Of a stretch of 64,000 bases of DNA, positions 10,844-20,629 are shown one piece after another. Each line of letters opens with the position of its first letter. The first letter of the stretch is position 1. The notes beneath the pieces are model-generated. The model did no database searches and was not told the origin of the DNA. It saw only the letters and a program-made list of their open reading frames with translations. Position numbers and translations under genes: made by a program. The stretch spans positions 2,971 to 66,970 of the forward strand of contig MGHM01000017.1 of assembly GCA_001793235.1 (NCBI GenBank), given 5' to 3'. This DNA is from Candidatus Woesebacteria bacterium RIFCSPLOWO2_01_FULL_44_24b (GTDB taxonomy: Bacteria > Patescibacteriota > Microgenomatia > UBA8517).

Positions 10844-10996
10844 ATGATTGATATCAAAAAAGTCATTAAAACAAAGAAAAATGGAATGGCCAAACATAAA
10901 AGCCAGTTCAACAAAGAAAAGATTGAAGAAATACTCGGGCACTTCAAAGATGGCAAAAAGAATGTGGAGAGAGGGTTTTATATCAAGCTCTCGTGA
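10844..10996 (+). pseudogene. Duplicated 3' end (50 codons) of the PIG-L gene
   Basis: 10847-10996 aligns without gaps to 9848-9997; 21 mismatches in 150 bp by manual count, mostly synonymous. Confidence 0.9.
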
Positions 10997-11000
10997 GTCT

Positions 11001-13043
11001 CTATAGTCTGGTTTTTCGAAGCATTAAAGCATTGACAACAACGATTACCGATGATGCACTCATTAAAAGAGCCCCCCATTCTGGTCGAAGCAAAACTCCC
11101 CAAGGATACAAAACTCCCGCAGCCACCGGAATTGCAATAATATTGTAACCAGCGGCCCAAGCCAAATTTTGTTTCATTTTGCTATCAGTTTTTCGGCTTA
11201 ACTGAATAATTTTAACTACGTCCATGGGATTGTTTTTAACCAATACTATTTGCCCTGCTTCCACTGCCACGTCGGTCCCTGCCCCAATTGCGATTCCCAC
11301 ATTGGATTGTGTCAAAGCAGGTGCGTCATTCACGCCGTCACCTACCATGGCCACAATACTGCCATCCTTTTGTAATTGCCTTATCTTATTTACTTTGTCT
11401 TCCGGCAAAACATCAGCATAATATGTATCAATTTGAAGTTCCTTTGCAACTGATTTGGCAATACTTTCATTATCCCCCGTAATCATGGCAACCTTTACCC
11501 CTAAATCATGAAGGGTTTTTACGGCTTGTCTCGATTCCTGCCGAATAATATCAGACAATATTATAACCCCAGTAAGCTTTACTCCCTGAGATACCCAAAT
11601 AAAAGACTTGCCTTCTTCTACTTCTTTTTTAATATCTTCTTTAAGTTTGGTAATATTCACTTTGTTTTCTTTCATCAATGCCTCATTGCCAAGCACATAA
11701 GTTTTGCCATTCATCTTCCCGGAAACTCCACGCCCGGGATAAGACATAAAATCACTAACTTTATCCAAAGTGATTTTTTTGCTTTCAGCCTCAGAAACTA
11801 TCGCTCTAGCTATAGAATGCTGAGAATAAACATCAATAGAAGCAGCAATTTGCAAAACGTCCCCAATAATTTTATCTACTCCAAATTCTCCTTTAGTCAA
11901 AGTTCCAGTTTTATCGAACACTACCCAGGAGAGCTTCTTTGCAATTTCCAGCGCTTTAATATCTTTGATTAATATCCCGTTTTTTGCAGCGACTTGGGTT
12001 GTAATGGTCGTAACTGTAGGAATTGCGAGGCCGAGCGCATGCGGGCAGGCAATGACAATTACAGTTATTGCCAGGGTGCTTGCAAAAATAGCCCCCTGGG
12101 GGTTAAGTATTAGCCAATACAAAAAGGTTACTGACCCGACCGTGATTGCAGTAAATGTTAAAATAGTTGCTGCTTTGTCGGCCAGTCGCTGAACTGAAGG
12201 CTTAGTTGTTTGTGCCTGTCGTATCAAACTCATAATTTGAGCCAACGCACTTTCTGTCCCAGTTTTAGTGACTTCTATGGTTAAAGTTCCATCGTTATTA
12301 ATTGTTCCCCCGACTACACTATCGCCCACCTTTTTAAAAACAGGGCGAGATTCACCTGTTATCATTGATTCATTTAGCGAACTTTCTCCCTCAATTACTG
12401 TACCATCAACGGGCACTTTCTCTCCGGGGCGAATCACGACTTTATCTCCTTTTTGCAATTCACTGGTCTCTACTTCTACTAACTTACCGTCTACCAATTT
12501 ATTAGCGGTTGGAGGAATTAATTTAGCAAGTTCCTCTAGGGCACCTGTAGTTCCCATGACAGCTCGCATTTCCATCCAATGACCAAACAAAAAAGCAGAT
12601 ACCAAAGTAGAAATCTCCCACCAAAGTGATTCCCCTGGAAATAAAAAGGTCGCTGCTATTGAAAAGACATAGCCCGACAACACTGCTAAGCTAACCAAGG
12701 TCATCATGCCAAAATTGCGTGAAGTAATTTCCGATTTTGCTGCACTGAAAAACGGCCTGCCACCATAAAGAGCAACGACGGAACCAAGTAAAAATAAAAC
12801 AGCGTCTCGCCCGGCAAAATCTAGCGAATAATTAAACCAATTCTGAATACTTGGGGATAGTAATAATACTATAATTGTTACAGGAAGGGTCTGAAAGAAA
12901 AGCTTTTTGAAGCTATGCCCCATGTGAGCATGGTGTGAAGTGTGGTCCTTCACTTCTTCAACCAAAGTCATCCCACATTTAGGGCATTTTCCGGGTTTAT
13001 CACTTTTTACTTCCGGGTGCATCGGGCAGGTATAGGTTTTCAT
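11001..13043 (-). CDS. Heavy-metal (Cu) P1B-type ATPase, CopB-like
   Basis: YTCPMHP N-terminal domain, [30 protein letters not shown]. Confidence 0.93.
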   Translation of the reverse strand: MKTYTCPMHPEVKSDKPGKCPKCGMTLVEEVKDHTSHHAHMGHSFKKLFFQTLPVTIIVLLLSPSIQNWFNYSLDFAGRDAVLFLLGSVVALYGGRPFFSAAKSEITSRNFGMMTLVSLAVLSGYVFSIAATFLFPGESLWWEISTLVSAFLFGHWMEMRAVMGTTGALEELAKLIPPTANKLVDGKLVEVETSELQKGDKVVIRPGEKVPVDGTVIEGESSLNESMITGESRPVFKKVGDSVVGGTINNDGTLTIEVTKTGTESALAQIMSLIRQAQTTKPSVQRLADKAATILTFTAITVGSVTFLYWLILNPQGAIFASTLAITVIVIACPHALGLAIPTVTTITTQVAAKNGILIKDIKALEIAKKLSWVVFDKTGTLTKGEFGVDKIIGDVLQIAASIDVYSQHSIARAIVSEAESKKITLDKVSDFMSYPGRGVSGKMNGKTYVLGNEALMKENKVNITKLKEDIKKEVEEGKSFIWVSQGVKLTGVIILSDIIRQESRQAVKTLHDLGVKVAMITGDNESIAKSVAKELQIDTYYADVLPEDKVNKIRQLQKDGSIVAMVGDGVNDAPALTQSNVGIAIGAGTDVAVEAGQIVLVKNNPMDVVKIIQLSRKTDSKMKQNLAWAAGYNIIAIPVAAGVLYPWGVLLRPEWGALLMSASSVIVVVNALMLRKTRL

Positions 13044-13313
13044 TTACTTCTTACTTAAGAAATAGTTGTAAAACATCGCGAAAGCGTAGCCTGTCAGCCA
13101 TGCAACTACCGTAAATGACAAAAATCCAACAACAATTGTTCCTAAATCTGGGGTCTTTGGAGGTAGCGCGCCCAAATTTAGCCCATGCGCCCAGGAATTC
13201 ATCATACCCATAAAACTCGGCCTGAATAACAAAACCCAACCCGCACAGACTAAATACAATATCCCGCCAACCGAGGCTAATGCGTTTGCTGTTGCCATAG
13301 GATTATGTTTCAT
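13044..13313 (-). CDS. Small membrane protein (DUF5676-like) in the copper cluster
   Basis: Two TM segments, LYLVC, WAHG, FYN; abuts the ATPase gene. Confidence 0.7.
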   Translation of the reverse strand: MKHNPMATANALASVGGILYLVCAGWVLLFRPSFMGMMNSWAHGLNLGALPPKTPDLGTIVVGFLSFTVVAWLTGYAFAMFYNYFLSKK

Positions 13314-13326
13314 TCATCTCACCCCC

Positions 13327-14013
13327 TCATTCATGTACTAATACCCTAACACCGCGATTATCTGATGTTGAGTTAACGGCGTTAACTCCCGGAGACATAG
13401 CCGGACCCGCCCACTCATAAATCAGTTTAGCATTGTCAGGATGTAAATTTATACAACCGCTACTTCTATTTTTAATACCGAAATCATTGTGCCAATACGC
13501 GCCGTGAATGGCATAACCTTTGTAGAAAAAGAGAGAATAGGGGACATTAGGCAGATTATAATATCCACTAGTCCCGGGCGTACCGCCACGGTAGCGTTGA
13601 GATCTCACTTTCCGCCATACTCTATACTCCCCAGGAGGAGTCTTATACCCAGGTCTTCCTGTTGAAACTGAAAACTCATATACCTTACGATTTCCCTCCC
13701 AGGCAAACAGTTTCATGTCCGACAAATCTACTTCTATCCACTTTTCAGCGCCGTCTGAAGCCAAGTGGGAACCCAATACTTTTATACTGCCGTTTTCCTC
13801 GAGTTTGGTAGGCAGCTGACTAACTGGTTTATTATCAAAAACGGGAGTCTCTGCATCCTCAACCCATTCTCCGCTGCTTTCTTGAACCTGGCGTAAAAAT
13901 GCTTCGTTTCCGCCGTTATCTGCATTTATTTTCGAATTTACATCAGAAACATTCTGGTTATAAATAAATAGGCCCAGAATCAAGATAATTGATATGGGCA
14001 GTAGAAGTTTCAT
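13327..14013 (-). CDS. L,D-transpeptidase (YkuD family)
   Basis: WIEVDLS, VSTG, TPPG, AIHGAYWH, SSGCINL. Confidence 0.9.
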   Translation of the reverse strand: MKLLLPISIILILGLFIYNQNVSDVNSKINADNGGNEAFLRQVQESSGEWVEDAETPVFDNKPVSQLPTKLEENGSIKVLGSHLASDGAEKWIEVDLSDMKLFAWEGNRKVYEFSVSTGRPGYKTPPGEYRVWRKVRSQRYRGGTPGTSGYYNLPNVPYSLFFYKGYAIHGAYWHNDFGIKNRSSGCINLHPDNAKLIYEWAGPAMSPGVNAVNSTSDNRGVRVLVHE

Positions 14014-16764
14014 CTAGTTATTTGCCATACTTGAGCTGACATTGGCAAACTGGATAAACATAAAGGTAAACGCCACCGCCATCACGGCCGGCGCTAATGC
14101 AGCTACATAATCTCTTTTGCCTGGAGTAAACCTGCGCAAAAGCAGGGAATTGCCGACTACCGAAATTGACGAGAGTGCCATGGCAAGCCCCGCCAACTCT
14201 GGCTTTAAGACTAACCCAAGCCCTGCAAATACCCTTGCGGCCACCGGGATACCAATTACATTGTAAAAAAGCGCAAAAAACATGTTTTGTTTTATTTTAC
14301 TCATTGTTGAGCGGGAAAGGTCAAGAGCTCCCACTACATCCCGAAGGTCGTTTTTAATTATTACAATCCCGCCGGTTTCCATAGCCACATCAGTACCGCT
14401 TCCCATGGCAATTCCCAAATCCGCCTGAGCAAGCGCCGGCGCGTCATTGATTCCATCCCCGACCATCCCAACTTTTTTACCAGCCTCTTGCAACTTTTTA
14501 ACTTCATTTGCCTTATCCTCTGGTAGAACTTCCGAGAGGACATTAGTAATCCCAACTTGAGAAGCAATTGCCTGCGCAGTACGCTCATTGTCCCCGGTTA
14601 TCATCCAAACTTCTATTCTGCGCTTTATCAACATCTCTATGGCTTCCTTAGAAGTTTCTTTGACTGTATCCGCTACCGCAATAAGCCCCAAGACCTGCTT
14701 TTCGGTTGAAAGCACCATCACAGTTTTACCCTGGCTCTCAAGGGCTTGAATTGTATACATCTGGTTTATTAAAGATAGTCCCAAAGTCTCACTGGCCATT
14801 TTTGGTTTGCCAAAATAATAGGTCGTCTCACCCAAATTCCCCTGCACTCCAAAACCCGGTATTGCACTAAACCCTTCAACTTCACTCAAGGCTATAGCTT
14901 TACCCGAAGCGTGGGTGTAAATCGCTTCAGCTAACGGGTGTTCTGATTGCTTCTCTAATGAAGCCGCAATTTGAAGTACCAAAGTATCCCCAATGATATC
15001 CGTAACTTCCGGTTTACCTTTAGTGATAGTTCCGGTTTTGTCAAAAACTATAGTATTGATTTTATTAGCCTTCTCAAGCGGTTCTCCACCTTTAACCAAA
15101 ATCCCATGCTCAGCCCCTTTGCCGGTGCCTACCATAATTGCAGTGGGTGTAGCTAGCCCTAAAGCGCAAGGGCAGGCGATAACTATCACTGCAGTAAAAG
15201 CCATCAATGCAAAAGACAAGGTAGCTCCAAGAACCAAGTACCAAATCGCAAAAGTAGAAATGGCGATCAGAATAACTGCCGGGACAAAATAGGCCGAAAT
15301 TCGGTCGGCAATGGCCTGAATTGGGGCTTTGGAGCCTTGAGCATCTTCAACTAATTTTATAATTTGAGACAAAGTAGTTTCTGCGCCTACACGAGTAGCC
15401 ATAAATTCAAAACTTCCGGTTTTATTTAAAGTTGAACCAATGACAATATCGCCTTCATGTTTCTCAACCGGCAAACTTTCGCCCGTAATCATTGACTCGT
15501 CAACCGACGAGGAGCCTTTAACAATCTCGCCATCAACTGGCACTTTCTCTCCGGGGCGAACGATAACAATATCACCCTTAACAACCTCCTCTAGAGCAAT
15601 ATCGACGGTTTGGCCATCTCTCACAACCCGTGCAGTTTTAGCCTGAAGCCCCATTAGTTTTTTGATCGCTTCAGAAGTTCTACCTTTAGCTTTTGCTTCA
15701 AGCCATTTTCCCAAAGTTACGAACGTAATTAAGAACGCGGCGGTTTCAAAATAAAGTTCTGGAATTTTTGCCCCCATCAAGCCAGTAAGAGAATCGTTAA
15801 CCGCAAAATAAACAAAGAAATTAATAACACTATAAAAAAATGCCACCGAAGTACCAATAGCTATTAGACTATCCATATTAAAAGTCTTCATACGAAGCCC
15901 GGACCACATACCTTTATAAAACCCGGACCCAATAATAAATTGCACGGGGGTTGCCAATATAAATGAGATAATTCCGACATATGGAAGCAAAATTGAGGCT
16001 CCGAGGAATTTGGGGAAAAAATCAAACAGCATGAAATATAGCATTGGCGCACTTAATATAAAGCTCCAGATAAATTTTCTGAATTGGCCCTTAATTTGTG
16101 CTTGCTGTTTCTCTGCTTCCTCTTTGGTATTTGTTGAGTCTGAAACACTTGCGCTATATCCCGTTTTTTCTACAGCTTTAATTAAGTCTTCTTCTTTAGT
16201 TAATGATGAGTCAAATCCCACACTTGCTTTCTCAGCTGCAAAATTAACTCTCGCTTCACTGACTCCTGGAACTTTTTTGAGTGATTTTTCAATTAATAGC
16301 GCGCAAGATGAACAATGCATACCATAAAGGGAAAGCGCAACTTTCTTTTGGCCTTCGCTAATCGGTGCTATGTCGGTGGATAGGACTTGCTGCCCGGGAT
16401 CCTTCAATGTTAAAACCCCATCAAATTCAAATTCCCCTTTTTGATTTTTTAGTGCTTTTCCAGTAACTCTAATTCCTGACTTAAGTAATTCTTTTAATGA
16501 ATTTTGGGAGGAGAATACTACAGTGCTTTTACCATTGCCATTGGCAGACTCTTCAACAACTGCATTATATCCGGCTTCTGCTATTGCTTCTTTAATTACT
16601 TCAGATGAAATATCTTGCGACGCTTTAATACTCCCCATACCAGTTTGGTGGCTAATCTCAACCCCCTGGACTCCCGCAATTTTTGACAACTCACGACTAA
16701 TCAATTTCTCACAAGACTTGCAATGCATCCCTTCAACGCTAAATTTAATAATGTCCTGTTTCAT
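14014..16764 (-). CDS. copA: Copper-translocating P1B-type ATPase with two HMA domains
   Basis: GMHCxxC twice, [28 protein letters not shown]. Confidence 0.95.
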   Translation of the reverse strand: MKQDIIKFSVEGMHCKSCEKLISRELSKIAGVQGVEISHQTGMGSIKASQDISSEVIKEAIAEAGYNAVVEESANGNGKSTVVFSSQNSLKELLKSGIRVTGKALKNQKGEFEFDGVLTLKDPGQQVLSTDIAPISEGQKKVALSLYGMHCSSCALLIEKSLKKVPGVSEARVNFAAEKASVGFDSSLTKEEDLIKAVEKTGYSASVSDSTNTKEEAEKQQAQIKGQFRKFIWSFILSAPMLYFMLFDFFPKFLGASILLPYVGIISFILATPVQFIIGSGFYKGMWSGLRMKTFNMDSLIAIGTSVAFFYSVINFFVYFAVNDSLTGLMGAKIPELYFETAAFLITFVTLGKWLEAKAKGRTSEAIKKLMGLQAKTARVVRDGQTVDIALEEVVKGDIVIVRPGEKVPVDGEIVKGSSSVDESMITGESLPVEKHEGDIVIGSTLNKTGSFEFMATRVGAETTLSQIIKLVEDAQGSKAPIQAIADRISAYFVPAVILIAISTFAIWYLVLGATLSFALMAFTAVIVIACPCALGLATPTAIMVGTGKGAEHGILVKGGEPLEKANKINTIVFDKTGTITKGKPEVTDIIGDTLVLQIAASLEKQSEHPLAEAIYTHASGKAIALSEVEGFSAIPGFGVQGNLGETTYYFGKPKMASETLGLSLINQMYTIQALESQGKTVMVLSTEKQVLGLIAVADTVKETSKEAIEMLIKRRIEVWMITGDNERTAQAIASQVGITNVLSEVLPEDKANEVKKLQEAGKKVGMVGDGINDAPALAQADLGIAMGSGTDVAMETGGIVIIKNDLRDVVGALDLSRSTMSKIKQNMFFALFYNVIGIPVAARVFAGLGLVLKPELAGLAMALSSISVVGNSLLLRRFTPGKRDYVAALAPAVMAVAFTFMFIQFANVSSSMANN

Positions 16765-17039
16765 GATTTTTTGATAACACCTATTAATTCATCCGCAATA
16801 GTCTCACCTTCGCCTTTGGCAACTTCATGAGCTACACAATGGCGGATGTGGTTTTCCAGTAGTGTTTGGTCCGACTTTTTTAAAGCTGCTTGGACAGCCA
16901 AAGATTGGTGAACCACATCAATGCAGTATTCATCATTCTCTACCATCGCAATTACCTTATCCAAGTGCCCTCTGGCAATCTTAAGGCGATGTAAAACATT
17001 TCGTTGAGTTGTCTGGTTTCTTGGTACCCCTTTTGGCAT
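16761..17039 (-). CDS. csoR: CsoR/RcnR family copper-sensing repressor
   Basis: [25 protein letters not shown]. Confidence 0.9.
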   Translation of the reverse strand: MPKGVPRNQTTQRNVLHRLKIARGHLDKVIAMVENDEYCIDVVHQSLAVQAALKKSDQTLLENHIRHCVAHEVAKGEGETIADELIGVIKKS

Positions 17040-17049
17040 ACTTAATTTT

Positions 17050-17096
17050 AATCCCCTCCGGGGGGATTGACAAAGAATAGCCTACTGGTTTATGAT
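17050..17096. promoter_or_regulatory. Putative CsoR operator overlapping a sigma70 promoter
   Basis: Palindrome AATCCCC-TCCGG-GGGGATT (17050-17068) with C/G tracts typical of CsoR operators; TTGACA 17067, TATGAT 17091. Confidence 0.65.
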
Positions 17097-17121
17097 TGTC
17101 AACAGGTGCAAGATAAGTAAT

Positions 17122-18123
17122 ATGAATCCAATAATCCTAGCTTTTATAACGGGTCTCACCACAGGGGGGATATCTTGTATTGCAGTACAGGGAGGGTTAC
17201 TTGCCTCGGCAATTTCTCAAAAAAAAGAAAATCAAACCAATTTATCAATGGTTGGGATGTTCTTGGTTGCTAAAATATTTGTCTATACTCTACTTGGACT
17301 GGCACTTGGTGCATTAGGTTCAGCGCTAACCATAACTCCACAATTCCAAGGCTGGATGCAGATTGCGGCCGGCCTTTATATGCTGGCAACCGCCGCAAAT
17401 TTATTAAACCTTCATCCAATTTTTAGGTATGCAGTAATCCAGCCGCCAAGGTTTGCCTATCGTTTTATGCGCCAACAATCAAAATCCAGCCAACATTTCA
17501 CGCCAGCTTTGCTTGGTAGCCTAACTGTTTTAATTCCCTGTGGTATTACTCAGGGCATGATGGTTTTGGCAGTGGCTTCGGGTAGTTCCCTACTTGGTGC
17601 GGGAATCATGTTTGCATTCACACTGGGTACATCACCGGTTTTTGCTACTCTTGGCTTAACCGCTTCAAAACTTATGGAGAAAAAAGCCTTCGCCTATATC
17701 GGCGCAACAATGATCGCCATTCTGGGACTTTTATCTATCAACACCGGGCAAGTGCTCCGTGGCTCTGCCCATACCGCACAAAATTACTGGGAAGTAATGA
17801 TCACCGCACCCAATGAAGTCAAAGCGGGAAACGTGGCCGGGATTGACTCCGAAGGCAAACAGGAAGTTACAATTGATGTTAATAGCCGTGGCTACAGCTC
17901 GTCAGTAAACACTCTTAAAGCGGGAGTGCCTGTAAAACTTACTCTAAAAACAAACAACACTTTGGGCTGCTCAAGAGCTTTTACGATCCCCTCGTTGGGG
18001 ATACAAAAAGTGCTGGCTGAAACAGGAGAGGAAACCATTGAGTTCACACCAACAAAAACGGGCAAGCTTGCCTACACCTGCTCAATGGGGATGTATTCCG
18101 GGCAGTTTAATGTAGTCAACTAA
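17122..18123 (+). CDS. DsbD_2/TauE-like membrane protein with C-terminal cupredoxin-like domain
   Basis: SCIAVQGGL, LIPCG, FTLGTSP; C-terminal GC...F...YTCSMGMY. Confidence 0.85.
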   Translation: MNPIILAFITGLTTGGISCIAVQGGLLASAISQKKENQTNLSMVGMFLVAKIFVYTLLGLALGALGSALTITPQFQGWMQIAAGLYMLATAANLLNLHPIFRYAVIQPPRFAYRFMRQQSKSSQHFTPALLGSLTVLIPCGITQGMMVLAVASGSSLLGAGIMFAFTLGTSPVFATLGLTASKLMEKKAFAYIGATMIAILGLLSINTGQVLRGSAHTAQNYWEVMITAPNEVKAGNVAGIDSEGKQEVTIDVNSRGYSSSVNTLKAGVPVKLTLKTNNTLGCSRAFTIPSLGIQKVLAETGEETIEFTPTKTGKLAYTCSMGMYSGQFNVVN

Positions 18124-18320
18124 TGGCCAAAAAGATTTACAAAGTACTAAATATGGATTGCGCCAGCTGCGCGCTTTTGATAGAGGCGGAGCTCGAGGAT
18201 GCCGGAATTGCCTGCAAATGTAGTTATGCTAAGCAAATTCTGGAAGTCGAAGGGGAGCATGATGAAAAAAAAGTCCACGAAGCTGTCCAAAAAGCCGGTT
18301 ACGAATTAGCGTTGACATGA
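18123..18320 (+). CDS. CopZ-like HMA copper chaperone
   Basis: MDCASC ... AVQKAGY. Confidence 0.85.
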   Translation: MAKKIYKVLNMDCASCALLIEAELEDAGIACKCSYAKQILEVEGEHDEKKVHEAVQKAGYELALT

Positions 18321-18346
18321 TTACAGAATCCTGTCATAATCCTGTT

Positions 18347-18625
18347 ATGAGACAAATGATTCAGGACGAACAGTTTACTAATGTACAGCGTGCTCAAGCA
18401 GGTCTTACCCGTTTATTTTTAAAAGCCGCAAGAAGCGGCACTTTTTATCGCGTCTTAAAAAACGACAAGCCCTTGGGAGTACTTATCCCTAACAGAATGT
18501 GGGAGGATTTACTTGAAGATTTAGAAGCTTTATCTTCTCCCAGATATCTAAAAGCCATAGCCAAAGCCCGCCGTGAAACTAAAAGTTACTCTTTAGATGA
18601 AGTAAAGAAAAAGCTTAATTTATAA
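18347..18625 (+). CDS. Phd/YefM-like antitoxin
   Basis: VLKNDKPLGVLI...EDLLEDLE...SLDEV; own promoter TTGACA 18312, 17 bp spacer, CATAAT 18335. Confidence 0.75.
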   Translation: MRQMIQDEQFTNVQRAQAGLTRLFLKAARSGTFYRVLKNDKPLGVLIPNRMWEDLLEDLEALSSPRYLKAIAKARRETKSYSLDEVKKKLNL

Positions 18626-18627
18626 AA

Positions 18628-18891
18628 TTGGAGAAATATCAATTTAGATTTAAGCCAACTGGAGAAAAATCCTTCAATAAATTATCTAAATCTGTCCAAG
18701 ATCAAATTATCAAAAAACTTGAATATTTTCTGAAGGCAGATGATCCACTAGAATTTGCCGAGCATCTTACTGATCGAGAAGTTGGTGAGTATAGATTTCG
18801 AATTGGAAAATATAGGATTATCACAGAGGTGACAGGAAAAATTATCTTCATACTTTTAGCCGGCCACAGGAGGGATATTTATAAGCGATAG
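18628..18891 (+). CDS. RelE/ParE family toxin
   Basis: YRFRIGKYRII ... GHRRDIYK. Confidence 0.88.
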   Translation: MEKYQFRFKPTGEKSFNKLSKSVQDQIIKKLEYFLKADDPLEFAEHLTDREVGEYRFRIGKYRIITEVTGKIIFILLAGHRRDIYKR

Positions 18892-18949
18892 CTTGCAACC
18901 TATAGTTATAAAAGATAAGTCTCTGTCCAAAAAGAAGGGTATGATTTAG

Positions 18950-19321
18950 CTATTTAGTCCTATTTTCTTCCTTGATATATTTGGATAACATTCTACGTAG
19001 ACCATATACCCACAATCTATCCTCCGAAAAACTGCTTTTTACCAAGGGATGTGCCTTTTTTAAAACTTCACTTAGCTCAATATTACCTTCGGTGGCTATG
19101 ATTTCATCACTATATTTTAACAAAAACTTATCTACTACCTTTTTGGGTATACCTTCCTTCTCCACAAGCTCATCCAAAAACTCCTGTATAATCTTCAACT
19201 TTTTCCTTCCTTGATAGTTTCGATATTTTGTAAGAAGGGTAAGAACTAAACCTAAGTATACTTCCGGTGAAAGAATCAATACCAAAACAAACGCTACCAG
19301 AATTAAAACGTATAAATTCAT
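18950..19321 (-). CDS. Hypothetical membrane-anchored protein
   Basis: ATGA overlap with the serS stop; N-terminal TM segment. Confidence 0.6.
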   Translation of the reverse strand: MNLYVLILVAFVLVLILSPEVYLGLVLTLLTKYRNYQGRKKLKIIQEFLDELVEKEGIPKKVVDKFLLKYSDEIIATEGNIELSEVLKKAHPLVKSSFSEDRLWVYGLRRMLSKYIKEENRTK

Positions 19322-20604
19322 CGCCCTGACTCTACCTTATCCTTCCCCATCCATTTTCGAAGCACTTCGGGGATAACAATACTTCCATCTTCCTGCTGGT
19401 AATTTTCCATTATGGCAATTATTGTTCTTCCAATTGCAAATGCGGTTGCGTCGTTCATCTGCACAAACTCGGTTTTGCCGCTTCTTTGTACTTTAGTATT
19501 AAGACGCCTTGCTTGATAATCAGTCATCAAATCAGATGTGTGGGTTTCTCTGTATTTATTTTGTCCTGGTAGCCAAGTATTAATATCAATTTGACGATAA
19601 TCCGGTCCGCCCATATCTCCTGAACAAATTTGAACAACTTGGTAAGGTAATTTAAGAGATTGCATTAAGTACTCCTGTATTGCAACAAAAAAATTCTGTT
19701 CTTTTATTGAATTCTCGGCAACTGTAAATGACTCCATCTCAACTTTGTCAAACTGATGAACTCTCAAAATACCCTGAGTATCTTTCCCGTAAGTTCCTGC
19801 TTCTTCTCTGAAACTTGTCGAAAATCCGACATAGCGGAAAGGCATGTCTGACTCTCTCAGTGTCTCATCCATATGAAGTGGCCCAAGTGTATGTTCTGCG
19901 CTTCCTATCAAATATAAATCCGCTTGTGGAATATAATAGCGCTCCTCTTTTGGCTCAAGTCTAGCCATTTTGGCCATAACTTCGGGCTTCATCATGACTG
20001 GAGGAATTACCGGTATAAATGCTTTTACAGAATAATCTTGGTCTATGGGCTCCAGAATTTTTTTCAAAGTTTTTACATTAGTCAAAGTATCAAAAGCAAA
20101 TTGCACTAAAGCAAATTCCATACGGGCAATATCCCCCATCAAATAACCAAATCTCGATCCTGAAATGTCTCCTGCTTTTTTAATATTTATAACTCCAAGA
20201 GCTATTCCTAAAGCCATGTGGTCTTTTGGCTCAAAATCAAATTTTGTAGGCTCCCCCCAAGAGCGGATTACTTTATTTTCATTCTCATCTTTGCCAATTG
20301 GCGTATCCTCTGAAATTAAATTTGGAACTTTATATAATGCTTGTTTGAATTTTTCTTCAATTTCTGTAAGCTTTGGTTCCAAATCCTTCAGTTGCTCTTT
20401 TATTTTTTTGCCTTCCTCGGAAGCCTTGCCAAGTTTGGATATTTCATTGCGTTTGGCTCGGAGGGTTTCGACTTGCAGCAGAAGTTCAAGTTTTTGTTTA
20501 TGAATATTTAAAACTTCGTCTACAATATTCGGATCTTTTTGCTTGGCAGCAATAGCCTCTTTAAACTTTTCAGGATTATCACGAACCAGCTGAATATCAA
20601 CCAT
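19318..20604 (-). CDS. serS: Serine--tRNA ligase
   Basis: N-terminal coiled coil, LIGSAEH, FREEAG, RVHQFDKVE, ATAFAIGRTI. Confidence 0.97.
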   Translation of the reverse strand: MVDIQLVRDNPEKFKEAIAAKQKDPNIVDEVLNIHKQKLELLLQVETLRAKRNEISKLGKASEEGKKIKEQLKDLEPKLTEIEEKFKQALYKVPNLISEDTPIGKDENENKVIRSWGEPTKFDFEPKDHMALGIALGVINIKKAGDISGSRFGYLMGDIARMEFALVQFAFDTLTNVKTLKKILEPIDQDYSVKAFIPVIPPVMMKPEVMAKMARLEPKEERYYIPQADLYLIGSAEHTLGPLHMDETLRESDMPFRYVGFSTSFREEAGTYGKDTQGILRVHQFDKVEMESFTVAENSIKEQNFFVAIQEYLMQSLKLPYQVVQICSGDMGGPDYRQIDINTWLPGQNKYRETHTSDLMTDYQARRLNTKVQRSGKTEFVQMNDATAFAIGRTIIAIMENYQQEDGSIVIPEVLRKWMGKDKVESGR

Positions 20605-20629
20605 GAGCTTATTCTACACCAAGCTTAGC

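Noticed and set aside
9848..10996. Diversity-generating retroelement TR/VR pair
   Set aside because: Mismatches are not adenine-specific and are mostly synonymous third-position changes; there is no reverse transcriptase in the window
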